A stretch of 64,000 bases of DNA from Acanthaster planci (Eukaryota): assembly GCF_001949145.1 (NCBI RefSeq), contig NW_019091355.1:5157518-5221517 (forward strand), read 5' to 3'. The translations under genes and the position numbers were made by a program. Shown here one piece after another: positions 12,801 to 27,800 of this stretch. The notes under the pieces were generated by a model. It searched no databases. It saw nothing but the letters and a program-made list of their open reading frames with translations, and had not been told where the DNA came from. Each line of letters starts with the position of its first letter. Position 1 is the stretch's first letter.

Positions 12801-15800
12801 CTGGTCACAAATTCACTCTCCTGAAGTACTGTCCCACACATGGGAGCGGGCCCCACAGCCCAGCAGTCACGGTCAAAATAATCCCGCCGTGAAGGGGTTA
12901 ATGGCTATCCCTGTAAACCTCCTTTTACACACTGTCTCAAAAAGCCGGAACGCAGTCTCAGGTCATTCAGAAGACCACAGCAGCAAATGTCCTTGACATC
13001 ACCAATTCACATCAGTTTATATGTTTTCTGAATAATACAGAACTCGGACCAAAGTCAGTAGAAGATCGAAACAACATGGACCATTTGCCTTCATCCTGCC
13101 ACTAAAGCATACCTTCCTGTCGCGGAGCCTGGAAGCTCCCGACATTCGTGGGGCCCAACAGGTAGATTGCACACAGCGTGGAGGACGGCAAGGCGTCCTC
13201 AAACAGGTGGGCGGGGCCCAGTCGCCACAGCAACCGGGACATGCTCCTCTGGAGGGGCGGCGTGCCCACGTAGGCGTAGACGGACGTCAAGTTGGCCGGA
13301 GAGCCGGTGGTGCCTGGGAGGTGAGTCTGGATGTAGGGCACCTAGGAACAACAAAACCCAGAGTTTGGGCAATTTAGAGTAGGGAAGAGGATGAAAAAAT
13401 TAATAAATTGGGCCTTTAAAAAGTCAGGGCAGACCTAGGCCTTAGGCTCTGAAACCTCGCTACTGTGGGCCCTGTGAACTAACAACTAAACCTGCAACAG
13501 ATCCAAAAAGCCTAGCTTCAGACAGCTAGGTCTAGTTGTAGGCCTGAAGCCCTACCTGTGTATCTGTGGCTATGCCATCTGATACATCAATATTTCCAGT
13601 AGACTGACACAGACTGATATTACCATGATATTACAGGACAAGCCGTTGTTCTTCCTGTCTTTCCTTCAATAAGGTTACTCAAGTGTAACCATTAAAGCTT
13701 CCTCCCCTTTGGCTGCGGCTGGCACCGGAGTCCAGATCGATGGTTAATCAGAGGCTGGCTGAGCTTCCAATCATCCACTGTGTGCCAGAAGAGAGAGTGG
13801 AGGACCCAACATTCAAAGTCAGGCTCAACGGATGCCCGACCTCAGACTTTCTTCATGCCAGCCGGACTTTTCAAAGGCCGAGCTGTGCCGGTGTCATGCC
13901 AGAAAGTGTCCGCTCAGTCAAAGACTACAATCTGACTTGTCATGCCTCCACCAAGGCGTCCTGTACAGTGTCTGCACTGGACATGTCTCCTCTCGGGCAT
14001 TAACAGGCACAATGAAATAATTGTATCGCTGAGAGTGACACATTGAAGGAAAGAAAGGAACAACTACAGCTTGTCCCTCTAACACGACGGCAATATCTAT
14101 CTGCGTCAATGTATGTGTCACAATATCTGTCACAGTGTCTGTCTCTCGTCTCTCACCTTGTGCGAGTGTATATGTGTTCCATCCACATACAGTGCAACTG
14201 AGCTGTTCTTGAGTACTGCTTTGTTGAACACCACCCCAAGGTGGTGCCACTTGCCTTCCTGGGCCAGCTCGGGGCAGAACACCCTCACAGCCGATGGGTC
14301 ATAGTCTAGCTTGTCATCTGCAAAGTAAGAACGAGATAACCATCCTCAACAACCTTGTCTTTCCATCACAAAACAAAATCCTGATCAGTGACGAGGATGA
14401 AACAAGGACTTTTATTTTTATGCAATTTATCAATGAATCGGCTTTTTTTCCCAGGAAGTGCTACACAGCTTTAGTTTGCAGAGCATATTTGGTATTGCAA
14501 AGACCTTTCCCAGGGAAGAATCTCACGACATCGAGGGTCCTTACCCACTTTCGACATCGGTTCCTCCGATGTGTTGATAACCAGCTTCCTTTCAGGCCCT
14601 TCAATGCTGATCCTCAAACAAGTAGAGTGGTTGTCTGTGTTGATGGCATTCCTGATGATGGTCAGGAGCCGAACCGGATGCGTGCAGATGTCCAGCGTGC
14701 AGTAGCGGTCAACGCAGAACCAGACCGAATAGGTCAGGCCCGTCTGGGGTGGGAATGCCCTCTCTCCTGTTCGGTTATGACAAAAAAGTTCAGTAAGATC
14801 AATGAAAAAAGAAAGAACTGTCAGACAGTGCCGCAAAGTGTTTGCAAGCTATTGCCAGCAACACTTTATTTGACACGTCCTGTGGAAACTTTCCAGTTTA
14901 ACCACCATTATTCTTAAAATAAGTTAGTAAGCTATCATAAAGTAATGAAGTGAATACGCCACATGCACAATCATGTGTGTACAGGCATTAGCGCGAGAAC
15001 CAGCGCATGAACCAACAGGTGTGCATACTCCATTCATTTGCACTTCCTGGTTCAAAATGATGTCAAAATGGTGGCTCCATAACACAAAAAGATATCAATG
15101 TTTTATAACAACTGGTTTTACCCTTACACCAACGTATATTACAATGGATACTCAAATATTTGTCCAAGAGCTTGCAAAAAATTTCACAAGCTTACTCGGG
15201 TGAGACTTGAACCCACAACCTACTGTTTACCAGAGCAGACATTTTAACCACTTGACCTCCGAGCTTTGCAGGATATATAAAAGATATCACATGTACAAAT
15301 GCTGACTCTAGTTAGTCATTTGTTCAAGATTTTCGCAACATTTTTTATCGCACTGTTGCTGTTAATAAAACTCCAAGATAAAGTTGCAGAGCAACATTTG
15401 CTGTAACACTCAGCTTTGGCCCAGGGCCGCTTGAGGGCTCCACACACGCTCAACCTCCACAGACTAGTTTGAGCCTCTGTCTGTACTAACTCAATGGGAA
15501 TCACTAAGCTTGGGATGAGTGCAGATGTCACATGGCACAGCATACAGAATTCCCCAGTATGTGTTTATGACAGGAAATCCAAGTGCGTTTGTACATTATC
15601 CAGTGCAAATAGGTTAATTTACCTTCTTCATGTACTTTTTGTTTTACTGAAGAGCTTGAGTTAAGAAAATTGGTCAAAAAAGGATTTGAACCTCTGATCT
15701 ATAAAACTGTGAGTGCTTTGACCTACTGAACTAAAGATCTCTGCGTTGGCAGTCTCCTTACTTACTCAATGTCTTTGCTCCAGGAATGCAGGTCAAATGC

Positions 15801-18800
15801 TTTATATGGAGATGGAGAGTCCCATTAAATAGGGCATTGGTAAGATATTTAGGAGGTGGCAGAGTTGATATTTTTCCAGAACTGCTTACCTGTTCCAACT
15901 CCACTGATGTTAGCTGAATCAGCAGCAGCTGCCATGCCCACGCTGACCACTGTCTGAGAAGGGGTGGATTGGGGGGCCACGCTGGGTAGGTACAGGCAGC
16001 CGTAGCCCTCGGCGCTCATGTCAAACTCGGCGAAGGCAGGCGTGACCGAGGTGCCGCTCAGCCGCACATCGCGGGGCGTGGTCATGGAAACCAGGCACTT
16101 GACCCGGGTCAGGGGCACCGCCCCGCCCTGGGTCGCGCAGAGATTACAGCCACACCGGGCCCCCGCCGAGCAGGAGGAGAGCTCCGAGGAGGAAGCAGCG
16201 CTGTTGGTGTCAGAGAGGTCCGGGGAGACAGCAGCAGTGAAAGGCTGCTGGTCTGGGGTCACGGCTGCAGCACTGGTAGGTATTGCACTGATGGGGATGT
16301 CCAGATAGCCTGGCTGGACAGCCGGATTGGAGCATTCATCCAAGGGCTTACAGTTCAGGGGATTTCCCAGCCTCAAAAAATCCCTGCAATGGAAATGGAA
16401 CCCGTTCCATAAAGTTTATTAAAGCAACAGAGGTATACAAGGGTAAGAAATTTGCCAAGCAACCTCGCAGTAAACACTTTCCACAATGCCAGCATCCCAC
16501 AATGGCACACTGCCATTTACCAATCTACCTGATATTTTTCAGGTAAGATTTTCTATTTGTTTCTATTGATTGCACTATATATACTAATAGTATCACTCAG
16601 TTCTGCTGTATTTCACAAGGGCTTTGATGTCCCTTTTAAGGGGCAAAGCAGGGTACCACTCTACACCAGACAGTAGAGACTCATCTGGTGACTACAATTA
16701 CAAGCTCTTACCGTGGGGCCATCCTGTTTGCAACGCGGGTGGTATGCAGGTGGAGGGCGGGGGGAGAGGGATGGAGGTACCGTAGGGCGGGGAAGGGTGG
16801 GAGAAGGGAAAGAGGAGAACAGGGGAGGAAGAAACCCAGGAACTGACCTCAAATCCTTGGGTTCCAACGCCTGGGAGGCCAGCCTCTCTAGCATGTGTTG
16901 CAGATTGCTGTGCAGTGGGTGCTCCTCATCGGCCAGGGCCGCAGACGCTAGGTGCAGGAGCTGCTGCGGCAGACCATGCTCGCACATCACCTGCTGGTTG
17001 CGCTCACTTTTGACGAGGTCTTGGATTACATCGGCTATGTGCATTTGTAGTCGGAGAGCAAACTGGAGAAGTAAACAGAGGACATGATCTGGGTGGATTA
17101 AGTGCTGCCGAAAGCAAGGCAAAATGCAAAGGTAATACTGAAGTTTATAGGTTTATTGTCTCGACAGCAAGAGCAATGTAATGCTAGAAACAGTGACTGT
17201 AATAGATAAGGTTAACGGTACTAAAATGTTACAGTAATTTAATAAGATAATGAAGTTGGCAGTTTAAGGTATTTGGGTTATTGGTGTTAATAACAGAAAT
17301 GGAGCTGAACTAATGTCGTTAAAAACACCAATTTACAATATGCAATTTGAGGTAAAAATGCTAATTTTTCTGCACATACATGTATTGCTACACTTTATTT
17401 AAATGGTAAAAAATAACTCTTGACAAACCTTGCGATTTCTCTCACACTGCACTGAAGGTAGCAGGTCCAGCATAGACAGGACAGCACCCGGATGCACGAT
17501 GGTGGGGTGGTTCGGCGGCGGGGGAGGACCACCAGAGGGTGACAGTGGGGAGGACACACCCGGTGGGGAGGCCCCCGTCGACCTCGGCGATAACCGGCTG
17601 GATGGGGACCGGGGCTTAGCGGGGGAGGAGGGTGGGGTGGGCAGTGGGGTGTAGGCGTCGTGGACGTGGTGGCTGGATGCCGGGGAGTTGATGGGCGTCT
17701 GCGCTGATTTGCTGTAGTCAGGACAATAAATGATACAAGCATTTTAATGTGTCAATGATTCGTTAACAATACTACCGGTACTTGGACTCCTAAATATCAT
17801 TCAATACATCGCATTCATTTTGAATGATCTTTGAATGCGAAATTTTGAATGAGAAGGTACAAAAACGGCAGTGCTGCTCACACAGGCTGACTAGCCGCCA
17901 TCTTGTCTGCATGCTCTTGGAGAAAAATTCTCATTTTCCTGCAGACATCTGAGTGTGAATTCCCCAAATGTTACATGAATATATGATCGGTCGTTTCGTG
18001 AACTTCGCAATGCACAAGTTAAATTTGACCCTGCATGAAAACGGAGACAAATTGTTGCGATTCTTCTTTCCTCTTGGAGAGAAACGACACCAACCTGCTG
18101 AAAGCATCAATGGCAGTGTCATACAGACATCTCAGCAACAGACAGGAAGATCTCAAACCATCAGAGAGGTGGTCCGGATTGCTGCAAAATGACAAAGATT
18201 TAAAACAGCTTCAGTGATAAGTCTTGAACGGGGTGAACGTCCCCAAAAATTAAGTCAATGATAAATACCGTAAACGGCAGCCATACACCCATGTACATGC
18301 TTCAAACATCTTGACGAGGCCAGAAGGTTAAGAAATAGTGAAGGGAACTACGCAAAGATACAGTGCGTGACCAGTAGTTAAATCTAAACCCTGAACAGCC
18401 CATTTCAGCTTCTAACCGCTCACTATCTATCCCCCTAAAATAAAAATCTGCACAAGGCACAAGTTGAGCCTTCCAAATGCAACTCTGTCAGCGTCCCACA
18501 GCCTTGTCGTCTCGGGCATCATATTGAGATCTGCGGTGAACTCTGCACTTTTTGTCGCTACCTACTCTGCCCAACTCCGAAGTACATGAGTTATCTGTGC
18601 AGCCGTGCACGCAGGTGGTTGTTTGCACCTGATTGGCCATTTGTGCCTGAAATCGCAGCATACAGCTATGTATTCCTCAGGAAGCCGAGACGACGCAAGG
18701 AATAAATAGGACCCACAGAGCTGGGATAATAATGCCGTGATACAGGTGGATATGTGTGCTTTGTTAATACATACCAGTGGTACACCTGACATCACTAAAT

Positions 18801-21800
18801 TTAGAGACAAGTTTAGTTTTAGAGAACTAGAGACAATATAAATTATCAAACATTAGGGAGACATTCAACATTGGGGAAACCTTTTGGGATCCTTTGCAGG
18901 AATTTCACTGATTGGTCTCGGAATTGGGCAAGTTCCCCCCCCCCAAGAAATTTGGCTTCAGATGTACAGATTTGGCTTTCATCCAACAGACTGCTACAAA
19001 TTTTGGAGGTATGAGTTATTTTTGGAGGACTGCCCAATGACTTCTCGTGAGTGACATACAGAGAAGAAGCATACCAGTCGATGTCAAAGAGGTTGTGGAA
19101 TGGCTCAGTGTTGGAGGAGCCCTCATTGGTGGCCGATGGACTGTGCGCTTGAGGCAGTAACTCTGTGATGTCACTGAAGCAGCCCAGACGTCGGATGTCC
19201 TCCGTTAAGCTTTCGTAGCGAATCTTCCAAGAAAAAAAATTTTTTTTTTAAAAATTTGTCCTAAACCCACTTTCCACATTTCATCCGGGCTAAAAGGTCA
19301 CTGCAGCAGTCACATGACTTTTGGCAAATACTCTTACTCATAACATGAAAGACACAAATTAAAATTAATAGAAACAGAGCACATTCCTGACGATAATTAC
19401 AACTCATTTTGGGGCTCAATAGAATCAAAGCTTCCCAAATCGTTCTTCCTGATTTCATGTTTAAAGCAATATTCTTGACAAAGGATTTTTAGAGCAATTT
19501 TTCAATAAGGATATAATAGTATTTACACGACAATTAGATAGAGAAATGATAAAATTTCTTGCTGCAAAGCTCACGAACAGAATACGAAAGTATGCTGTAT
19601 GTTGTTTATTGTACAGCTGTACTGAAGGCCTGATTGGTCATTGCCATCTACATGTACATGTGCATTGAAAAAAAAACAGCTTTGAGAGGGCACACTTCCG
19701 AAGCCTGTTTGTGAAGGGTAAGTCAAGGAGCACACACTGAGAACTACAACGAAAAAAAAAAAGTCGAAATTTTAGTCCCCACTGACAACCAAACAGAGAA
19801 ACATGACAGGGAAAGGTGGGGGGTGAATTTTAGAGTCTGAAAAGAAGGACCGAGCGTCACCTCTGAGGCAAAGAATTTGGCGTTGGCCGGCTCCTGTCTC
19901 ATGGCAGCCGTGAGTGTCTGGAACACCACGTGGAGAAGGGTGAAGACTTGGTCCTTAGGGGCTACAATCAAGAGAAGAGTGTTTGGATAATCAAAAAGGA
20001 CTTGCAGGGATTCTTGAAAGGGTTTTCACTGGTAGATATGAAGTGGGCCCTAAGGTTAAATACAGTTGGCTTTTCCTAGCCCGTAGTAGCTGCAACGAAT
20101 GTAGTGTGGATGGGGGTTGCTGGAAATTTTGCTCAGCTCCAGTGACAAATCCATTCAAAATATATATAAAAAAACATGCTGAAAATTGAATCTGGTCTCC
20201 TTGCATTCTGCTCAGTGAAAAGATTGCCGAGACCATCGTGCATAAGTTTACTCACTCAGTAAAAATTTGCTTCAAAGCGAGTGAATAAGAAACTAATCAC
20301 TTAATTGTGTTGAATACGTAATTTTGCTGAAGAAATAAAACAGAAAGCAACGATGACAGACCCTGCATATTTTCATGTCTAGAAACGGTGGTGTTACCTG
20401 TATCCCATGGTTCTTTGGGGCTGTCACTCAGACTTGCTTCCATGGTAACCAGCACTGTGGTAACATACACAAAGCCCCCTACTTTGCGGAATACCGTCCG
20501 GGAGCGGTGACTATCTCTCAGAACATTCAGTAATGACTGGTTCAACAAAAAGGAAGAAGATGTGGCTTTTTGATGCGATTTTTAAAATTCTGGGTTTTTT
20601 TCTTGTCTCTGCTAAACTCTAAACTCTCCAAAATATTTCAACAATGGCTTTCTACTGGAAGGGCTATGGGACCTGGACTGTACCAAGAAAGGGTGCATTT
20701 CCATACCAACAGAGGCTCCTTTTGAGGTAACTGTACATCAATGGCTCACAAACGACTATGAAATGCAACCGCTGCATCACTACCAATAAAATGAACACTC
20801 CCCACCAACATGGCTCTTTCCGACTGATGAGGGGGTGCTCCTGCTCATGGTGGATAATGTAAGCTCTCTCAAATCTATTCAAAAAGACTAAAGGCTGGTC
20901 CATACTTGGCGAGAAGGTGATTACAAATGTGACATGATTTTGCGCTGCAAATCCGCAAAGATGAACACATTTCAACTCAAGTGAATTTTGCAGCAAAGAT
21001 TTGACTTCATTTTTGCCAAAAGCGTGAATCAACATTAAAACTTTCTTTGTGATCCCACACAACTCAATTTTCTGTTTCTGAAGAGCTGTCTACTTTCAAC
21101 ACAGTTCTCATTGTCCAAGTGACTTGAATTCATTTCACAAAATACCTTTATACATTCCCTCACTGGAAAGTTTACTTGATTCCAAAAACATTTTCCAACC
21201 TGAGCATAACATATTATCAAAGTTCACTTTTATCTTCGTTTGGATATTGACAAAAAAAGGATAAACCAGAAAGCGTGGCTGGGATCTGTTTACAGATCTA
21301 TTAAGATAGTTCAAAATCAGTGCTTAGAAATTCAAACTCCTCCCTGTAAAAAGTTGCAGGGAAAGTAGCCCAGTGATTAAAGTGATGTGTGATTCAAGAT
21401 CATAGAATCAGGGCTTTGAGTCCAACTGCTGGCCAGACATTGAGTCCTTGGGAAAGTCACTTCGCCCCTACTCGCCTCTCTCCACCCAAAAGAACAAATA
21501 ATTACCAGCATTAGCTCAGAAGCAACCTGAGGTGGTCTGGCATCCCATGGGGGGGATAGAAATATCCTCAGTTACTTCATGACAAGGAAACCCGGAAATA
21601 AACACCGGCCTAATAAGCGAGATTGGTTAGGTATAGACTCTGCTCTGCCCCCCAACATGAAAAGTGAGCTCATATAGTTTCTGAAATTAAGACAGCCAAC
21701 AAATACAGAATAGAGAGACTAGATTGGCAGCGCATGTATACACGCCCATTCACTGTGTAGTGACCGGGCGTCAGTTTGTGGTCCCTCATGGATGCGCACA

Positions 21801-24800
21801 AAAATGAACGTAAAGTATACAGCTAAATGTATCTTTCCTCCAGCCATGACTTGGCTCAACACGTACCAAGCTATTGAAATCAGCATCTGGAATGGTGTAG
21901 CATTCACACATTGGAGTCCTAGTGCCACTTTCCATTTTGGTTGCATCTTGCATTCCTTACATTAAGCGTCCAGTTTTGTATATATCCTTCGGTAAACAGC
22001 CCTCCAGGCAAGACCACGAGTGTAAATTTGCTGCCGATCTAGTCCTTTTTATTCCACATCTACAGGACAGCCAGCATCTCCCCCCCCTCCCAATAGTCTA
22101 CGCCTAGAGCCTGTACCTGTAGGATGTCTGTCTTGAGCTGCAGCTGACTGGCTGGCGTGGAGTTCATGAGTCCCAGCAGTGTGCCCATGTCGTCCTCGCC
22201 ATCCCTGCTCAGGATCAGCTGCTGCACGATAGCTAATGCATGCTGCCGGCACTGGATGTAGGGCACCAGGTTGTGGGAACACCGGGCACCGCCAATTTCA
22301 CGGAACACAACTGCCAGAATCAAGTTTGTGTGATAAGGGGGCCTTTTGCAAATTCTTTTAGCAATGGGTTGTTTTTAATGAACTTACTAACAAAAATCGT
22401 ACAACAGAAAACAGTTAAACAAAAGTAACTTATTAAACAAATATTTAAAAACAAGCAAAATTTCTGTTAAGTATCCAAGGAGATAACACAAATAACTTTT
22501 AAAGAACCAAAATTCAGAATAAAAAAATATAAATAAACGGGAAAAATTTGAATGATAGAAATATATTAACCAAAGCCAAAAAGTAATCATTGTCAAATGC
22601 CTTCTGGAAGATGTTCTTGACAATGTGCACCACAATCAACAACCAACTACAAATTTCGGCGAAGTTGGGACACACAATGGACGTCACAGCCACGTTGCTC
22701 CTTTGAAAGAGAAGCCATCTTCACGAAGTCTTGCCTGATGAGACTGGCAAGTTAAACTGTAGTCTAACTCCACTTACTAGCATTGTCGTTGTTCTCGTGG
22801 AGTAACAACGTCAGACAGTCCATCACAAGGAACGCCAGGTCTTGGTCCTCCTCTGGAATATTCACCTCCGGAACTGAACCTGAAGACAGAGAAAGCACTC
22901 TGAAGTTTTGTCAAGGTACTGAAAGGCCAACAGTAGACCCCTTGGGAGTAAAGCGAAATTAAACTGCATGTCTAACAAGAGTGTATTGGTGGTCTTAAGG
23001 AGAGTGTTGCTTCATAATCAGGGTGTGTCATTCAAAATCAGGGAGCAGGGGTTCGAATCCAGCTACCTGTCGTAGGCAAGCCACTTTATCCCTACTTCCC
23101 TAAACCACCATAAGCACATGCTCAACTACATTCAAGTGAGACGATGGCATCATTCCACTATGATACTTTACAAAGTTTTCCTTTTCTGGAGAGCATTATA
23201 TGACAAAGATCCCTTCATTGAATTCAAGCTTGTGATGTTTTAAATGCTCTACCACGCCAGGGCCACATTCAGGAGAGGCAACAATCTTTATCTCAGCTCT
23301 CCCGCACTTTTCCCAGACTCACATATCTCCTCCTTGGTGTCTGGCTGGTTGTCTTTGAGGGACGCGGCGTACCGGTGCAGACACGTCACCATGACGGCCA
23401 GCAGTCCGACCTCCCTGTACACGTCCTTGTACACTCCGCCGTGCCTCAGGATCCTCAGGAGGCATTTGATGGAGCGGATCATGCAGCCCACATCACTGCA
23501 GAATGGAAACCAAAAGGCCAATGATGAAAAGAGGGTGAAGTCAGAGTTGTCATTTCATTAATAATATTAAGTACTTCTGGAATTAAAACTAAGGATTCCT
23601 CAGAAGTGCCCAAGGTACCGTACTTTTTAAGTCTAAAGAAATCTGTAGAAAGGAGACAACGAGAAGCAGTTACAGTTTCAGAGTTGGGAGGAGAAATCCA
23701 GAAGAAAATTCCAGGCAGGGACTGACAACCAGGCTGGGAATCAAACCCCCGCCGCAGGGATGAAAAGGCGAGGAAAAAAACCACTATGCCAACCTGACTC
23801 CTGCTTCACTACTGCAGGTAACTTTTCACCCAAGCAGCCCAACCAGAAAAAATAAGATAGTTTCTGAATTATACGGCAATTGCTCACACGCCTGTGGCTG
23901 TCAGCTTCTGGCTTTAAACCATGCAAACCCATGCAATTTTACTTTCAACTTTTGGCCACAAACTTTCTCTTCGCTGTTAATTATCTGAAATTTAACATCT
24001 TGCATGCTGTTGATATTCATTACAACTAGAAGAGAACTAGGCTTTGCATGCAGTAAGAGCTTTGTCTATGGAGTTTTAACAAGGCTGTCCATTTGAGAAG
24101 TTAGATTAGTATTTAGACATGCAAGTGGTCTATTGAACCTTTACTTGGGTCGTGTAGTCAATCCTTTTCAAAAGGGAGGAAAAAAATTCTGGTCACAAAT
24201 TTGGGAATAGGAGAAAGTACCTCAGCAACAACCAGAATCCAGAATGACTAGGACATATGTTAATCAATGTGCAGGCCCTTTTTGTCTTTGTAAACTCACT
24301 TTCCAGCCTTGATCAGGAGACTAACGCTGCTCAGCTCCTTGTAGGGGACAAAGTTCAGGTTGAAGACGACAAACTCCAGCAGCTCGAATATCTTGAGCTG
24401 GATCTCGGGAAGTTTGGTGGTGGCCCGGTCAATGAACTGCGAGAGGGTGTGCTGGGGCTCCAGGATGAAGTAGTTGGCATTGTCCGAGTTGTAGATGTTG
24501 GTGATGACCTCAAGAATGACGGCGCACAGGCTTCCCGTTGTGGCCTGCATAACGAGACGACACGTGGTGAAACATTAGTGGAGCAATTCTAGCGGCAATT
24601 CTAGCGACAATAATGGATAGATGTCCAGAATGAGTGAGTGGCCTTAGATGGCTTTCATGGATGGACATACGTGTAACTTACAGAAAGCCAGACAGAAAAN
24701 NNNNNNNNNNNNNNNNNNNNNNNNNNNNNNNNNNNNNNNNNNNNNNNNNNNNNNNNNNNNNNNNNNNNNNNNNNNNNNNNNNNNNNNNNNNNNNNNNNNN

Positions 24801-27800
24801 NNNNNNNNNNNNNNNNNNNNNNNNNNNNNNNNNNNNNNNNNNNNNNNNNNNNNNNNNNNNNNNNNNNNNNNNNNNNNNNNNNNNNNNNNNNNNNNNNNNN
24901 NNNNNNNNNNNNNNNNNNNNNNNNNNNNNNNNNNNNNNNNNNNNNNNNNNNNNNNNNNNNNNNNNNNNNNNNNNNNNNNNNNNNNNNNNNNNNNNNNNNN
25001 NNNNNNNNNNNNNNNNNNNNNNNNNNNNNNNNNNNNNNNNNNNNNNNNNNNNNNNNNNNNNNNNNNNNNNNNNNNNNNNNNNNNNNNNNNNNNNNNNNNN
25101 NNNNNNNNNNNNNNNNNNNNNNNNNNNNNNNNNNNNNNNNNNNNNNNNNNNNNNNNNNNNNNNNNNNNNNNNNNNNNNNNNNNNNNNNNNNNNNNNNNNN
25201 NNNNNNNNNNNNNNNNNNNNNNNNNNNNNNNNNNNNNNNNNNNNNNNNNNNNNNNNNNNNNNNNNNTGTGAATGGAAAGACGTAACTTGCACATAGCCAA
25301 ACAAAAAAGTGCCATAAACTGGAGGCCCCACAATGATCATGAGGCTCCAACCGACAGGTGGCAATCACTGACAAATGGCAGGTGGACTTCACTGATTAAT
25401 GGCAATAAAGAAACACACCACAAAGTGGAAGCCAAATGGAAAGGTGGCCACAGTAAACAGTTAGCCACAAAGGACAGAAGGGCCAGTGTGTTGATGGCTA
25501 CAGAAGTCACATGGCTACCATGATTGTATCGAGGTGATTGTAATCAACAAAGGGACGCAATGTACAGCTATCCTTGCCAAGAAGATCCTACTGGAAAGTT
25601 GGTCATACTGAACAGGTGCCCACAACGGACAGGTCGCTGCCATGAACATGTGGGCAGATGACCGGAATAAGATGAGGAATGTACCGCACAAGTGGTCAAG
25701 AACTAAAGTGTAATGAGCCCAAATCAGCAGGTGGGCCAAAATTCAACCAGGTGCTACATGAAGTAACAAACAGTGCAATACCAGCAACACAACATACCTT
25801 TAAAAATATTGTCTGAAGTACTTGGAATGCCTGAAGATTCCTGACACTGTTACCTGTAGGCATAAAAATACCTCAGTTAAAACATCCTCTAAAATATGCC
25901 CCTTATGATTAAGTAAAAATTAAGTAAAAATAAGTAAAACTTAAAAATTTAAGTAAAAATCACCTTGCAAAACAAGTCTTTTTATATGGTGACAGATCAT
26001 GCAAGGAGTCTGACTTATTACAAAAGGGTTTTTGAAAAGCTTTTCAAAATTCAAATTTCAGATGTGGTGAATTTTGGGGTTAAGGCCAGGGTGCGTGTAC
26101 TGCTCATTGTCAATGGAATTTTCTCGGAATTCGACTAGAGACAGTTCTTGGGCCGCATGCACAGACACTGTACAATTTTGTTTGCCCAACGCAGAGTACC
26201 AGGTGAATCACTGGTTCTCTTCAGATGTTGGGTAAATGACACAAGCTGGCACAAATGCCAGGTGAGAAATCATCGCAGTTGGGTAATGTTTGCCCAAGCA
26301 TGGCAACATTTGGACAATTCACCTAGTACCCCCCATGTTCAGCAACAAAACTACCGGTACCAAGCCTTTCTAGGGTCAAGATTAAAAACACATTGACCAA
26401 TCACAAGCCTTCCTCCTTTTCTGCATGCCCTCCCGTTCTTTTGCACTCCAAATGGCATTTTGGAATGTCTTCTTTACCGTTCTCAGACATGAGTCACTGA
26501 GAACGCATTGTCATGTTTGCATGCAAGAACGCCAGCGTCGCAACAAAGATGAGAAGAACATTGACAGGTTGGATGCTGGGGAAAAAAAGATTAACGGATA
26601 GGGTGGGGGAATACTAAAAAACCACAAGAGGTTCAGGTTTGGAAAGAAAAGAAATGCTGATATGGGAAGGGTTGATAGTTTTGGCGGGTTGGATGCTCGG
26701 AATAAAAATAATGATTACGTGGTTGCGCAGGGAAAAGATTCAATCTAAGAGGGTCCAGGTTGGGATAGAGAATGCCGAGATGGGATTAATTTTATTTCGT
26801 GGTGGGGTGGAGAATAAAACCACACTTGATCCCGGCTGGAATAGAACTTTTGGTGGATTGGATGCTCGGAATTAAAAAAAAAATTTAGTGGTGGACCGGG
26901 AAAAAATAAAAACAACACGTGGTCTAGGTTTGGATAAAGAAATTCTAAGGTAGAAGAATGATTTTTGACGGGTAGGATGCTCAGAATAAAAAAAAAATTA
27001 GCGGTGGGTCGGGAAAAAAAAAACACATGGTCACGGTTTGGATACACAAAATGCTTAGATAGGAAGAATTAATACTTTTTTTGGCAGGTTGCGTGCTCAG
27101 AATAAACAATATCTAGCAATGTGGCGGGGAAAAATTATTTAGCGGCGGGGCAGTTGAAAATAAAAACCACACATGGTTCACGTTTGGATAGCAAAGAAAT
27201 GTTGAGATGGGAAGAATTCATTGACAGGTTGGATGCTCGGAATACGAAAAATGTTTAGCAGTGGGCAGGAAAAAATAAATGCCACACGTGGTCAAGGTTT
27301 GGATAAAGATATGCGGTGGCAAGCTTTGTCAATTCAAGATGCAACCGCTAAAAAATGTACGCTGGCCCCATTACTTAGAGAAATTTACATTTTTAATACA
27401 TGACGGTCGGTCGGTTGTCAATCTCCGGTTGGATGAAAGCTCCTCAGAGAATTTATTTGAAATACACTCCTGATAGATGTTTCTACACTTTAACAGACAA
27501 CCCACCTACAGACTTCAGACAATGTGTATCATTTGTTGAAAAGGTATTTTTGTGGAATGTAGTGCTGCTGGGTCTGTGTTCTACTTCAAAGAATTAAGAA
27601 AAATTGTGTTAAATCAAGATTACATTAGGAGAGGCAGCATGGTGTCTGGATTGTTATGCAGAAGAGCGCGTCCAGGTTGAATATTGCTAAGGTTTAATCT
27701 AACATTTTAATTTTACCTGCTGTTTGCCAGAAGTTTTTTCCTATCTATGGTGTCAGTAATAACACTCCTTCACACATTTTTCTTCGCATACATTTAGTGC

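Noticed and set aside
13700..14003. GC-richer intronic block with an 87-aa ORF
   Set aside because: Not needed for the WDFY3 frame and no recognisable domain; possibly an old repeat fragment.
14294..14917. Plus-strand ORFs such as 207 aa here, 6610-7092, 24257-24592 and 33270-33593
   Set aside because: Antisense shadows of GC-rich WDFY3 exons with no independent protein features.
24634..25392. Long ORFs of 200+ aa in the track here and at 50044-50857
   Set aside because: Artefacts of N-gaps (24700-25266, 50179-50738). The WDFY3 translation is continuous across both, so no conserved coding exon is missing.
26561..27330. CRISPR-like periodicity
   Set aside because: Eukaryotic intron; the units are similar along their whole length and have no unique spacers.
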